Assembly (NCBI RefSeq): GCF_001194135.2
Contig: NC_068999.1
Location: 518,151-582,150 of the forward strand
Reading direction: 5' to 3'
Source: Octopus bimaculoides
Lineage: Eukaryota
Length of the DNA: 64,000 bases
This document shows positions 1-13,932 of the stretch, one piece after another. The translations under genes were made by a program, and so were the position numbers. Under the pieces are notes generated by a model. That model did no database searches and was not told where the DNA came from. It saw only the letters and a list, made by a program, of their open reading frames with translations. Position 1 is the stretch's first letter. Every line of letters begins with the position of its first letter.

Positions 1-556
1 CGACCACCGTCGCCATCACCATCATCATCATCATTAGCTTCCTCATTGTATAATTCTGTAATTGTTTCACGTTGTTCCCATTGCTATGATTTCTCGAATC
101 TCAGCTGTTCCAAAGAGAAACGCACTAACTCATTGCAAAATAGATCCGTCATTCTACACAATGACAATACAGAATATACATATACATATATACGCACAGA
201 GAGTCACACACACGTATATACATACATATAAATGTGTGTGTGTGTGTGTGTGTGTGGGTGTGTGTGTGTGTACATATATACATACAAACAAAACATCATT
301 AACGGATATCATAATTCTGTAACAATTTGCTTATATAAAGCTATGTGGAATTCCATACATTCTGGAGTTGGCAAAAAGAACAAGATTTCTATAGAGATCA
401 ATAATAATTTCTGTGAAGCATCGAGAGGAACGGAAGAGAGGGAAAAGGAGGGGAAAAAACAAAGAACATGAGAACACAAAAAGACAAAACTAATCTATTC
501 TGCTTGCTTTGTAAATATTTAATTGTATATATACTTATAAGTAAATATGTATTTAC

Positions 557-613
<57 letters not shown>

Positions 614-900
614 GATGGATAGACAGATTGTTATACTCACAAGCACACGCACACACACCCACGCACAGACACGGATGCACGCAGACACACATGCACACAC
701 ACATACAAGTGTGTGTGCGTTTGTGTATACGCGTAGGGGCCTGAATCTTTTTCTTCTTTATTCATTTGGCTCTCAATTCACTGGTGCATATATTAAGTTT
801 GTATGAATATCCTAAGAAAAAAATTCACGAATCATTCTTTAGCGTTTTGCGTATTAAATTATTAAATATTTATATATTTTTTGCTACTAATTCTTTATCA

Positions 901-980
901 ACAACAACAACAACGACGGCAACAACAGCAACAACAACAAGAACAGCAACAGCGACAACAACAACAACAATAACAACAAC
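901..980. repeat. (ACA)n trinucleotide microsatellite, representative of dozens of simple repeats across the window
   Basis: Visible imperfect ACA array. Similar arrays include (TAC/TAA) 7910-7985, (TAA) 10131-10210, (AAC/ATT) 12030-12220, (CA) 12320-12395, 43590-43670 and 53635-53735, and (CT) 54590-54740. Confidence 0.97.
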
Positions 981-1642
981 AGTCTTCGTCTTTCCATCAT
1001 TCTTTCAAGATAATTAACTGTTTGTTCATGGAATGAGCATTTCATTGTATATGTTTCTATTTCCATTCTCTATCATTCGTATTTATTATTTTTGTTATCT
1101 CAAAGACATAAATACTATATTCCAGAAAGATCCTTTAAGCAAAACAATTGTTTTTTTCCTTTTTTATTGTGTGTGTTAGAGCTTGTGTTCATTCTTGTCT
1201 TCCATATTTTTTTATGGTCTTTTTTTTACGTCGTGATTCATAACAGATGAATAAAGAAACGTAATTCAATGTTTATCTTATTTCCTGCATTCTTGATGTT
1301 GTTGATTTTCTGTTGTCATTGCTATTGTTGTAATTCATACAGTTGTTGGTATTGCTGCTATTTAGCCCCAAGTCAGCTCTGACCGAGCTGATCTAGGATC
1401 AGCTAAAATCAGCATCCCACCAGTAACATTATTCCATTTGCTTTTCCGGTGAGCACAGGACATAGGACTTCATCCAGCAAATCATACATACATACATATA
1501 TATNNNNNNNNNNNNNNNNNNNNNNNNNNNNNNNNNNNNNNNNNNNNNNNNNNNNNNNNNNNNNNNNNNNNNNNNNNNNNNNNNNNNNNNNNNNNNNNNN
1601 NNNNNNNNNNNNNNNNNATATATATATATATATATATACGAG

Positions 1643-1778
1643 GGGCTTCTTTCAGTTTCCGTTTACTAAATCTACTCATAAGGCTTTGGTCGGCCCGAAG
1701 CTATAGTAGAAGACACTTCCCCAAGCTGCCACGCAGTGAGACTGAACCCGGAACCATGTGGTTCGTAAACAAGCTACT
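1643..1778 (-). mobile_element. tRNA-derived SINE (family 1), 5' half
   Basis: Reverse complement of the + copy at 29990-30130 (shared ccgaccaaagccttgtgagt..gaaactgaa.gaagc and gggcaagtgt..tactatagcc). It has a tRNA-like head with a B-box-like ggttcagt and is followed by (TA)n and a gap. Confidence 0.85.
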
Positions 1779-2937
1779 TTATTTCACAAATATTTGCCAT
1801 AAAGGCATTACAAAGAGGGGACGAAGACAGACAAACATAAAAGGGGTGAAGTAGCTGTATCGATTAAATATTTACAATTTTAAATATACAATAATAATTT
1901 GATTATATTTGCAATGTTCGATTAAAGCATTGCTCCACACGTGTATTTCTAAAAAGTCATTTTTGTAATTTCTATATATTTCTTCTGTTATGAATGCAAA
2001 ACAACACCACACTCTCGCCTCCCGAGTTTCGTTTTCCATATGTGCGATTCTTTGTTTATGCGATTCCTTGTTTACTCATCTACGGTACACTACGTATTTT
2101 CTTAAGGGACGAACTTGGAAACTTAACTGAAAAGCCATATAATTTAGTAGGTAAATAGTGCAGTTATTCACGAAAACTATGGTTCATAGATCTCTGAGAA
2201 AGGCAAAAAGTTTTAAAAAACCCTCATTCTGCAACACACTGGTTCCTTCAAAGCAGCTCTTTAAAGATGAATAAATATCGTTTCTAAAACATCTGTGACA
2301 AAATAAAGAAAACAAAACAAGTAGAGTGCGAGAGGGAGTGAGGGGGGGGGGGAGAACGAATGTTACTCATATATATGTATAGAGTGTATATGTGTGCGTG
2401 TGCACGTGTGTGAGTGTGCCCATGTGAGCGTAGTTTGAATTTAAATTTCAGCCTTACAATGTTACCAACGTTTCAAGTCTAAATATTTTTCACAAGGGCA
2501 TCGTTTATTGATAACAAACACAGTTTGGTGTTTTATATACATCCCCGAGGAAATTTATCAGACAAGAAATATTGGTTCCGTCGCAGATTTTATATTCAGA
2601 ATAGATTTAAATACACTCAACATTCCAGTCTAGTATATATAATGTGTTAAGTTTTCCATGAATAACTTTTAAATCAAGACAAACATACAACCATTGCGTA
2701 CAAACATACGCACACGCAGAGACACACATACACGCACACACATATATATACGTACCTATATGCATATATATATATACACACACGCACATATAGTGTTGGT
2801 CTTTTCTATTTTTTTTAATTGCTTTCAAAGTATGTACATACCTAATCATAACTCAGCTATCGTTTTACATATCTGTCTGTGTCTGTCTGTCTGATTGTGT
2901 GTCTGACTGTCTTTCTATTTGTCTATCTTTCTCTCAC

Positions 2938-2984
<47 letters not shown>

Positions 2985-3002
2985 NNNNNNNNNNNNNNNN
3001 NN

Positions 3003-3078
<76 letters not shown>

Positions 3079-3787
3079 CATGTGTGTATGTGAGTGTGTG
3101 TGCTTCTACAATCGTGTATAAACGCTTTCTTTCATATAAATCTGTGTTGGTACATTCGTTCGTTATTCAAGATATTTAATATCACTTTCACGTAATTTCC
3201 AAACCTGATGTAAACATTAATTACGTAAATTGCAATCGAACTCGCTCTCTGCACAAACAATTCCTTAACACTAATAAAGCGTTCAAGAAGAATTCTTCAC
3301 GAGGTAAATGCTAGATGCTGATACGGCTTAATTTGCCATTTTGCGTATCGAATGTGCTCGTTATATTTACAAAAAGGACGCTAAATTGTTAGTTTATTGT
3401 TTCGTAAACAGCAAATAGCAGCTGGTATATGATGCATTTACCTTCAAATTATGTTTTTGTATTTTAGAGATAAAGGAAGGTATAATTTGAAATATATGTA
3501 TGTATATGTGCATCCGTGTGTATGTGTTTGTTGTTATGTATGCATGTATGTATGGATGGAAATACAGGCAAGCTCACATTTACCCAAATACAAACCTGTA
3601 TATACGTGCATGCATAAATAAACACGTATATAGATGCATATATATTTAACTTCACCACCCACACACAGAAACATACGAACGACTGTATATATGTGTACAT
3701 ATAGAAATACGGAGTGATAAATAGAAAAATACAAAGATTGATAGAGTGAAACAAACTAGAAATAGGGTTACACATATTCAGTAAATC

Positions 3788-3826
<39 letters not shown>

Positions 3827-4079
3827 TTACTTATGTACACACACACACACACAAGTACACACGTACACAAGCAAACACACAGACACACACACAAGCACAC
3901 ACACGTATATGCTGATTTGTAATACTTGCCTCTCTATTATCGCATTTCTGTCGATGTTTACTAATCAGTTCACCAAAATACCGACCATTTTAGTCTGCCA
4001 TTATATTTGCCATCCTCCTGCCATTATATTTGCCATCCTTACATTCCCCAAATATAAATATCTGTTTATAATCTCTTCC

Positions 4080-4123
<44 letters not shown>

Positions 4124-4161
4124 TGTATCTATCTATCTACCTACCTACCTACCTACCTACA

Positions 4162-4285
<124 letters not shown>

Positions 4286-4891
4286 GATCTACCTATGCAC
4301 CTACCTACACGTTTTCTTGCTCCACACTTGTTTATATTTCTTCGATCAACGCTATCAATTTCCTGTTGAATTGCTTGCTTTCCACACGGACAATCACTAA
4401 ATTATTCCTTATATACTCTTTCAATTGCGTATTATTTAATTATATATTTATACACTAATGGAGGCAGGGTGTCAGAAACCAAGCAGTAACGGTACCAAAC
4501 ATTATAATATTCTGTTTTAAATCTGTCCTTCTACTCTTTTATTTCCTTCATCTCGGCCGCCTCTTCGGAATCCGCAACAGTTATTATTTTTTATCATTCC
4601 TTCGTTGTTGATAATGTAATTACGCTAAGGTTTGGTGAATTGTTAGAATCGGAAAAGTCTTTAATAAAATGCGTAAATGTATTTCGATATGACTCAATAT
4701 GTTCAGAGATCAACTTCTCCTCTCGTCATGACGGGTTCAATAAATTAAAATACCATCTATATACTGGAACAATTTTTTCGATTTAAACGGCACCTACAAT
4801 TTTCGCCATGTATTAAGGCCAGAGATTATGAAATTTCATCACAAACAATTTCTATCGCATTTATCAAAATATATGAGTAATTGCTTTATAT

Positions 4892-5356
4892 TTTTATCTT
4901 TTCATCTTTTACTGTTTCATTCATTGACGTGTAGCAATGTTGAGTCGCTCTTCGAAGAGCTTTAGTTAAACAAATCGGACGTAGAAATATTTTTAAAGTC
5001 TGGCAGTTATACTATCGGAATGTTTTATTGTACACAAAGTTACGGGGACATAAACAAACCAGCATCGGTGGTCAAGCAGTGGACGTGGCAAACGCAGAAA
5101 AAAAGCACTCACACAATACACACACACGCATACACACACATACGCATAAATACACACGTACACACACACACACACACACACACACGCATAATACACACAT
5201 ACCTACACACAGAGGCTACCACACTATTTCCATGAACCAAATTCACTTCCAAAGCATCGGTTGCTCCAGGTCTATATCGGAAAAGACACTTGCTCAATGT
5301 ACCGCACAAATGGATTGAACCAGAAACCACGTTGATGGAAAGCGAAATTTTCAGCC
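4892..5356 (-). mobile_element. Near full-length, diverged family-1 SINE with an internal (CA)n microsatellite
   Basis: 3' half at 4892-5100 (aagttacggggacataaacaaaccagcatcggt..gtcaagc), CA tract at 5105-5190, and 5' half at 5215-5356 (gacacttgctcaa..gattgaaccagaaaccac). Confidence 0.7.
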
Positions 5357-6196
5357 TTGACTATGCCTTTTGTTATATATATATATATATATATAAAGAG
5401 AGAGAGAGAGAGAGAGAGAGTGGGTTAAAGAGAAAAAGATAAAGAGAGAGAGAGAGGATATATATATTTATATATTATTTTTGCAACATGTTTGTACTAA
5501 GAGAGTTTTCTGGAAACATCAAATTTTTCGAACATGACGTGTTTAAATGTTGTCATATTACTTTTAAGATACACTGTATGCATCTTCATATACATACATG
5601 CACGCATACATACATACATACAAACATGCATCCGTATATACATATATATATAAACACATATATACATATATATACATATATATGTGCTTTTGTTAAGGGG
5701 TGTGTATGTGTGTACTGTATGTATATGATATTGTCTTTTATAATGGCGTACGTATATAACCTCGCACAAGCATACACATTCCTATATAAGCATATATACA
5801 TACATGTATCGAACGGGAAATAATTATAAAAAACATATACACATATACATGCATGATCATATACACATACATTTATACATACATATAAACACTCACACAC
5901 ACATTCAAAATTAAAACACTTATCGCGAATGTCACTAATGTTTTTTTTGTTGTTTCTTTTAGATTTTTTTAGTTTCTGTTTTCGTTTTTATCTTTTCATT
6001 TTGATTCATTGTATCAGGATTCGGCAGAGAATTGGAAGCAATTTCATGGCTGAATTGCTTTTAGTGGAACTAACGACTCTGGCCAGATATATCAAGTCTC
6101 TTGGACATGTCAGATATGGTGCCTCTATGAAGATATGTTTTTAACATACATACATACGTGTGTTAGTGTGTATATATATATATATATATGTATATG

Positions 6197-6278
<82 letters not shown>

Positions 6279-7908
6279 CATACATACAAATATATATGTG
6301 TGTGTGTGTGCGTGTATGTAATATATAATATACATACATATATATTTATATGTATCTTTACATTTTCTTTGCTTATTTTTTGTATTTTTCATTTTTATTA
6401 TTTGTTCTTGATTTGTATTTGTTACTGTGGTGTTGGTGGTGGCGAAGGACTTGCGGTAGGTGTACAAGGTAATGGCGGTAAACTCGTTACATTTGACGGT
6501 GTTGATTGAGGATCTGCCACTGTTCGTGACGATGTTGGCGATGTTGGCGATGGCAGTGGTAGTCACTGATGGTGGTGATGTTGGAGAGGATGCTGGTTGT
6601 GTCAGAAGTCTTCAAACTTGTCATAATGGCGACGTCGATGTTAGACATATTGTGTATGATGACGGCGGTGTGGTGCTGTTTCTGTGTCTGCTGATGGAAC
6701 TACCCAAGATGCAGTTGGTAGCATATACATTAGTGATCCTTGTAGAGACTGTGGAGACAGTGATGGTCGTAGTGGAGAGGATAGGAGGGATTTGTGTTAA
6801 CGTTGTTGGGTATGGTGGTGGCTGTGGTCGTAGTTTTGGTGGCAGTTTTAAAGGTGGTTGTTTGAATGGTGATGAATTCCGTGGTGGTGGTGGTCATTTT
6901 GACAGTAGCAGTTTTAGTGCCTATGGTTAGGTTTTAGTGTCGGTTGCAGATGCGATGGTAGTGGTGGAAACGAAAAGATGATTTTACAAGTTTTAAGGTT
7001 TGAGGAAAATATGAAAATGAAAATCCCAGCAGATGAAAGACAATCAAGAAATATAAAAGATAACCAAAACAAAATCTACAAGTGCCGAATATCATGTTTT
7101 AATAAAAGTGTAACTGCATGGGTGCATGAGAGTTATGCTATACGTGAAACAAACTTGATAGAGGAATTTATTATGAACTTGTTTAGATTCAGCATGATAA
7201 ATAAATAATTGAATACTATAAAAATCACGGAGTTTCATTCTTGGGACACGAAATAAATTTTTTGTTTGCTTTTTTGTTCTACATTGTTAATTAAAAAAAA
7301 AATAATCTTGATATTCAGTAGTGTCAGCAGTTAAAGAAAGAACTTTCTCTATAATGGAAGCATTTACTTTTTCGATAATGTCTTTAATATCCTACCATAG
7401 TTAAGGTTGGCTTCTGACAGTTAATCGATGAGAACAGGGTTGTCCAGTAAAGCCATATATTTTTTTTTGGTATATGTTTAACTCTAATCATCATCATCAT
7501 CATCATCATCACTGACATCGTCTTCCTCAACACCATCATCATTATCAGAATCTTTATCATCATCATCGCCATCGCCATCGCCATCATCGACATCATCGTC
7601 AGATTCATCATGATCATCATCATTGTAGCTCTTGTCATTCAGTTATTCGAAGAGGCAGTCACATTACAACGTTAACAAGACAACTTAGAGCCACTATACA
7701 TGATTGTTTCTTCATTGATTATTTTTGAATTTGATTTTGACATTCAATAATGAAAGTATTTAAAGAAAGGAGGATGTATCCGATAATGGCAGGACTTACA
7801 TTGTTGATTATGTCATTGATAGCCTCTCATAATTATGTTTGATGACAGTAAATCGATGGGTACAACACAGTGGGTTGTGCAAACATAGTTAACTGTAAAT
7901 CAGGAAAA

Positions 7909-7988
<80 letters not shown>

Positions 7989-8017
7989 ATGATGTTAACA
8001 ATAATGATAATAATAAC

Positions 8018-8300
8018 CATCTTAAGTAGGAAATAGCCTGGCTGTGGAAAATGAGGAAGGTGAAGAGAGTGGCGATTATTGTTGGGTCCTTGGGGACAGT
8101 ATCAGAAGGCATCAAGAGGAATATAAAGGAAATTGGAATAGAGAGCCCAGTAAAACTGTTGCAAAAGGTTTGCCTTTTTGGCACGGATAGAATAATCAGG
8201 AAAGTATTAGCTGAAAAGAACGGATAGCCGTAGGGGGCAGGTAGCAAGATCACTACGCATGCAAGACCCCCAGAGTTCCAACAAAACCTGTGATGAGAAA
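8018..8300 (+). mobile_element. 5'-truncated R4/Dong-like non-LTR retrotransposon (C-terminus of the restriction-like endonuclease region plus 3' UTR)
   Basis: The frame from 8021 reads LK*EIAWLWKMRKVKRVAIIVGSLGTVSEGIKRNIKEIGIESPVKLLQKVCLFGTDRIIRKVL. This fits the recalled R4/Dong C-terminal pattern (LW...V.G.LGT....LQK..LLGTARI.RKVL). It is flanked by TAA-type repeats on both sides. Confidence 0.8.
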
Positions 8301-8321
8301 ATAATAACAATGATGATGATG

Positions 8322-8760
8322 ATTTCATTTATTTGCCACCAGGGCGAAGGATGAGGGAACAATACAAAGCACACATAAAGTAGGGGATACATATAATGAA
8401 ATAATAAGATAAATAAACAAAGAAAAAAGAATAAGTGTACACGGTATACAGTGAAAAGGGAGTGAAATGTACAAGATATACAAAGTTTAAAAGAAGGAGT
8501 AGGTAATAGAGATGTAGTCCTCCTGATAGAGGAAGATCTCTTGGGATAATCAAAGTGCCCCACTATCCAAGATCTCCCTGAACATTTAGGACAAGTGCCC
8601 TCTCCGATTCCCTTTCTCCGACTAACAAGTCTACACTTAGGGAGGTACCATTCTTGCCAATTTCGCAACTTACACTCATCTTTCAGTAAACTTAATCGAC
8701 GACAGCACTTCCCTCTCCACCCACAATTTCCTTTTCAAGTGAATGAAACCTCTACCAAAC
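8322..8760 (-). mobile_element. 3' end of a Tx1/L1-like LINE (decayed)
   Basis: The minus strand reads HLKRKLWVEREVLSSIKFTER*V*VAKLARM, similar to the Tx1 ORF2 C-terminal K.RLRVE....F..RW pattern. A 3' UTR follows, with AATAAA at 8328-8333 and an (ATC)n tail. Confidence 0.55.
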
Positions 8761-9246
8761 CTCTATTTGGTATCCGAAGAATTATAACCATTTCGCAGAA
8801 TTCATCATGTAGTAATTTTATATTTGAAGCATTGATAGACCCCTGATGTTCATGAGATGTGAACAGGTAGTCTTATTTAGCTGCCTTGATTTGTTAATGT
8901 ACAATTGTAAAGTACGATGTTTAGCCTGCATATTGATGCAGGCACGTGTCAACTGATTTTTAGACACTGAAGTTATTATCTCATTTTTTTTCATACATTG
9001 ATAAACGTTTCTTCCTAAACATCAGTTTGTTTATTTTACTTGCCTTTGTTTTGTTTTTTTATTTATATTTTGGGGTGGGGTGGGGGGTTTTGGGCTTGTA
9101 TCTTCCATATTTCGTCAATCGCCTTAATCAAGTAACCAACGAAGACTGACAGTGTGCTTAACCGGCAAACTACCAGTTGTATACTATACGATTTATTTAC
9201 TAATAATATATATATATATATATACATACACACACATATGTATCTA

Positions 9247-9307
<61 letters not shown>

Positions 9308-9747
9308 TTGTAAATATATTTATACATCAAGGGTGTGTGTGTGTTCGTTTATATCATTTCACCTGCATATTTTAATAATGCATCAAGCGTTAATAGGTAG
9401 ATAGAAATATCATGTAGAATTTCGAAAAATTGACACCGATTCGTAGGATTCTTTCTAATTTCTTCCATTTAACCTTTCTACGTTTAATCTCGATCTTCTT
9501 TCAATCTCACAACTCGGTAAGACTTTCAAAATTCTAATTGCCAAAGTCTTATAATTAATGACAAATATTGGCACAAGAATTGCTTCCAATATAAGCTCGA
9601 TACTGAAATATCGCCAGACCACACAACGAGCTTGGTCAAAAGCCAGAGATATTCTAATGTTTTCAGCACCTCAAAAGATCGATGTAAATATTAACATTTT
9701 CTTATGTTATTGCAGCCGTTCAAGTTTAAATTTAAATTTAGACTGAC

Positions 9748-9950
9748 AAATATACACAAGAAGGAAACAAGGTCGGTACAAATGTAAGGATAGAACACCT
9801 ACAAAAATTAGCATGGCTTAGAATTGTAAGAATTCTTCGCAGGGTTCTTGAAGCATGACCAGTAAACAAGTGGCACCTTAGTCTGCTGTCTGTGAACAGC
9901 TGACACTTTCCATCATAAGACAGCAAAATAAGCTGCGAGTTTTCATATAA
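9748..9950 (+). mobile_element. Second R4/Dong-like 3' fragment
   Basis: 9775-9858 reads GTNVRIEHLQKLAWLRIVRILRRVLEA* (LQK...RILRRVL motif). A ~90-nt UTR follows and runs into TAA/TGA repeats. Confidence 0.7.
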
Positions 9951-10148
9951 TGATAATAATGATGATGATGATGGTGATGATGAGGATAATAATAATAATG
10001 GGCGTGGATACAACTGTTACCACAAAAAAATCAATCATTTCTTCTATATGGAGGAACAGCACTTACCCAAGGCACACAGGACTGCACTCGGTGGTGCAGT
10101 GAAAGCACGCGATAAAAATAAGACTACTGAATAATAATAATAATAATG

Positions 10149-10210
<62 letters not shown>

Positions 10211-11131
10211 CCTTAAGAGACAAGTAGTCATGATGGGTACATTGGACTGCGTATATATGTATCCCACTGTCACTTTGATGGCATGCGCTGCTCAATAATA
10301 AGAATGCAAACAATGATAATGGTGATGATGATGCTGATGACGATGACGACGACGACGACGACAATGATGATGATGATAATGATAAAAATAATAATTACCA
10401 TTGTCTCCCTCAAATCACGTCATGTCATCCTTAAATCACGCCATATCTCGCTTAAATCACGCCATATCGCCTTAAGACAAATGAATGACATGTTAGATAG
10501 CCGAGATTTAAACAGTATGTCTGAAAAGTTGATGAATGATAACGAATGTAATGGATTAGATTAGAGATATACAGCATGCCCAGCTGAAAATAACCCTCTA
10601 CAAGATCATCTGATAATAAAAATGGACTCTATCGTCAATACGTGTGTGTGTGTGTGTGTGTGAGCGCGCGTATGCGTGTGTGTATGCCTGTGTGTATGCG
10701 TGTGTTTGTGTGTGTGTTTGTGTGTTTCAATATGTGTGTGTATGAAAATATATGTTTAATTCTTTTAGTATTCTGATTATCAACCCATCTGTGTATTCGT
10801 GCGTTAGGATTTGTAAACCTTAATTATGGAAGCAAATCGAAAACATAAACAGAATTTTTAACCTAACAGAGGACTGCTATGAAGAGCCATAAATTTATGT
10901 ATTGCCATAGAAAAAAGTAGCATTTATAGAATGTGGTATTCGCCAGACTTTCACTATATAACAATCAATAGATATCGTTAGGTTCATGCCGAAAACAGCA
11001 TGTGACTTAGTATAATGTGTCTAAAAGTTGTCCTACTACTATAAGAAAAAAAAATCTTAAATACTTAGCTATACAAGCATCCACATATGCATAATATCTA
11101 TCTATCTATAAATGACATCCATATATATATA

Positions 11132-11160
11132 CTAGCAGAGATACCCAGGTTTGCTCGGGA
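11132..11160 (-). mobile_element. Probable Helitron 3' terminus
   Basis: The minus strand reads CCCGAGCAAACCTGGG (imperfect GC hairpin), TATCTCTG, then CTAG followed by T. This is the classic Helitron 3' architecture. No 5' end was identified. Confidence 0.45.
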
Positions 11161-11182
11161 TTATAATGGCATAGTTATTTTT

Positions 11183-11345
11183 ATTGGTTTACTTGTTTCC
11201 TTCATGTGACTGTGGTCATGCTGGAGCACCACCTTCGGTCGGAAAAAAATCAACCACAGGATTTATTCTTTGTAAGCCTAGTACTTATTCTATCAGAGAC
11301 TTTTGCCGGACTGCTAAGTTATGGGGAGTAATCACTGCAACATCA
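11183..11345 (-). mobile_element. Family-1 SINE, 3' half
   Basis: gactgtggtcatgctggagcaccacc...gcctagtacttattctatc...ctgctaagttatgggga matches the other copies. Confidence 0.8.
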
Positions 11346-11554
11346 TATGTGTGCCAAATAGACAGGCACACACACAAATATACACATATATACACACATA
11401 TATACACATATATACGCATACATATACATATATATATAGCCATATATCCATACATATATATACACACACACATATATACACATAAATGTAAATACATAAA
11501 TTTATATATACATAATTATATATATGTTCATATATATATGTATATATGTATATA

Positions 11555-11588
<34 letters not shown>

Positions 11589-11637
11589 CATACAGTAAAT
11601 GAAGTATAAGGATTTCGGTCCCCCACCTCTTATGTAG

Positions 11638-11838
11638 AAATATGAAGAATAATGCCAAGGACAATGACGACGACCATGACAAAACCAAAACAAACTCACC
11701 CAGCAATTCCAATAACGTTTCGCATGTTGAAGCTCACAAGCACGTACAAGTCTACATACATCAAGAAAACCATTATTGCGGTTTGGAATTCCCATTTCGA
11801 TATAATATCCAATATGGAATTGAAGGTAGAAAAAAACG
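11638..11838 (+). CDS. Candidate coding exon (201 nt, phase 2-2), unidentified product
   Basis: Acceptor cccccacctcttatgtag| and donor CG|GTAAGT. One frame is open throughout (NMKNNAKD...HQENHYCGLEFPFRYNIQYGIEGRKK). The 5' part is low-complexity and no homology was recognised. Confidence 0.3.
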
Positions 11839-12076
11839 GTAAGTGGAACTAATCAAGTTATTCTGGAAAATGTAGACGTTTCGGTCTGTTCAAAACTAAT
11901 ATTTTGAGATTTTAATCTCAGACGCCTTACTCATGTTTATTATATAGAGCGCAATTTTACGACTTGCTTTCATCTTGGCTTAGTGAAAAATATATTTTAG
12001 AGAAAATTGGATGTCATTTATTATTATGATTAACAACAAGAACAACAACAACGACAACAACAACAGCAGCAACAAA

Positions 12077-12112
<36 letters not shown>

Positions 12113-12315
12113 GTTGTTGTTGTTGTTGTTATTAATAGTATTATTAACAACAACAATAATAATAATATTAAGAATGATAGAAATAATAATAATAATAAAT
12201 AATAATGATGATGATGTTGATAAGATTTAAAAAAATCACCTCCAGTAAAAGTTCTAACTGCAAAGATATACATGTGGTCGCAAACACAAGCATAGATACA
12301 CATACACGCGCACAC

Positions 12316-12398
<83 letters not shown>

Positions 12399-12457
12399 TA
12401 CATGCAAACACACACTCACGTCTGTATGTGTGTACATATACAAGTAGTTATACATGG

Positions 12458-12498
<41 letters not shown>

Positions 12499-12907
12499 CA
12501 GTGTATGTTTATACACACACAAAATACTACTCTACTACTCTTGCGCACTGGATAAAAATACGGTCCATTACTGTGATGATGGCGGCTACTGATTCAGGAA
12601 CACATATCTAAGACTCTCTTCTAATCACCAGACAATAGAACTGTCCTTTAATTAATGAGATGTCAACTTTGGAAAAATACTGAATCTCGAGATTATTTCC
12701 CCTTCTAATGTGGCGCTGTTGTTCATTTGGTAAATACATTCTCAACAGCCGCTTAGAATTCTAATAAGCAAAGAATATATGTTGTGTGGTATTTTAATCT
12801 ATGTATTTTTCTGTTTATAGCAGTATGTGTTTCGAGATCCTTTGCTCAAAAAAGTAAATAGTTCATATTCTATCGAAAGTTTATAAATTTCTATGACCCC
12901 CCAATAG

Positions 12908-13005
12908 CATAAAATTTGCACTGATAAGAATAAGTTTTCAAAACTGGAGAGAGAAATCTGAAGGATTAATTTGGTCCAATATCAGAACAAGTGTGATGTC
13001 CACAG
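12908..13005 (+). CDS. Candidate coding exon (98 nt, phase 2-1)
   Basis: Consensus donor CAG|GTGAGT and a modest acceptor. The only open frame (IKFALIRISFQNWREKSEGLIWSNIRTSVMST) is phase-compatible with 11638-11838. Confidence 0.25.
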
Positions 13006-13127
13006 GTGAGTTGGATTCGAATTTTGAAAACAGCTTTCGACATTTTATACACAAAAGGAGTTTTAATCCAATATTTACACAATTTTATTTATAGCTTTAT
13101 GTGCTTCGATCTACATTGTTCCAAACA

Positions 13128-13180
13128 AGAGGTGCTCCAGCATGGCTGCAGTCAAATGACTGAAACAGATAAAAGAATTA
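13128..13180 (+). mobile_element. Family-1 SINE 3' tail with stem-loop
   Basis: ggtgctccagcatggctgCAGTC-AAAT-GACTGaaacagataaaagaa. Confidence 0.8.
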
Positions 13181-13703
13181 AAAAAATATGTGTGTGTGTG
13201 TGAAATACTCGACTCGTGAGAATCTCTTCTAACTCACTGCTACTAAAATTGACACATACATGGATATAGCAGATAACCTAGACTCTACTAGTTCACTGCT
13301 ACTTTGATCGACACTGCAAGGATGAGCAGTAAATTTGACCTCCAACTGATTTGAACATACTATGTCGAGAGTCGAAATATATAGCGTAAATTTAGAGGAG
13401 TTCGGATAAATCTGTTCAATCGGACCCTGTCCTTGAAAGGAAATTTATGATACTAGTCTCATACAAATACGCTAGGTGAGTTTTGAACTCTGAACCTAAA
13501 AAAGTGAAATATATGGAACAGGTGTAATTGTCTGAGGATCTTATAATTCTGCCAAACCTTTAATAATGTTGGAATTATTAAATGTAGACCAAGACAAGGT
13601 ATAGTAAGCCAATATGACATAGAAAAATATAACAATTATGGCGTGGCCCCGGTGACAAAATATCATATCTATATATTATCATTTCACTGTTAATGTACTA
13701 TAC

Positions 13704-13773
<70 letters not shown>

Positions 13774-13864
13774 TCGTACATACACACATACATATATATA
13801 TATGTATACATACGTACATACATACATACACACACGCGTGTATATATATGTATGTGTGTATATA

Positions 13865-13932
<68 letters not shown>

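Noticed and set aside
6421-6960. Thr-rich mucin-like reading on the minus strand and 156-aa Val/Gly-rich ORF on plus
   Set aside because: A decayed GGT/ACC trinucleotide tract with stops and frame changes, and no usable splice sites.
10409-10471. Short spaced or tandem repeats considered as a CRISPR-like array
   Set aside because: The units are contiguous with no unique spacers, the context is eukaryotic, and there are no cas genes.
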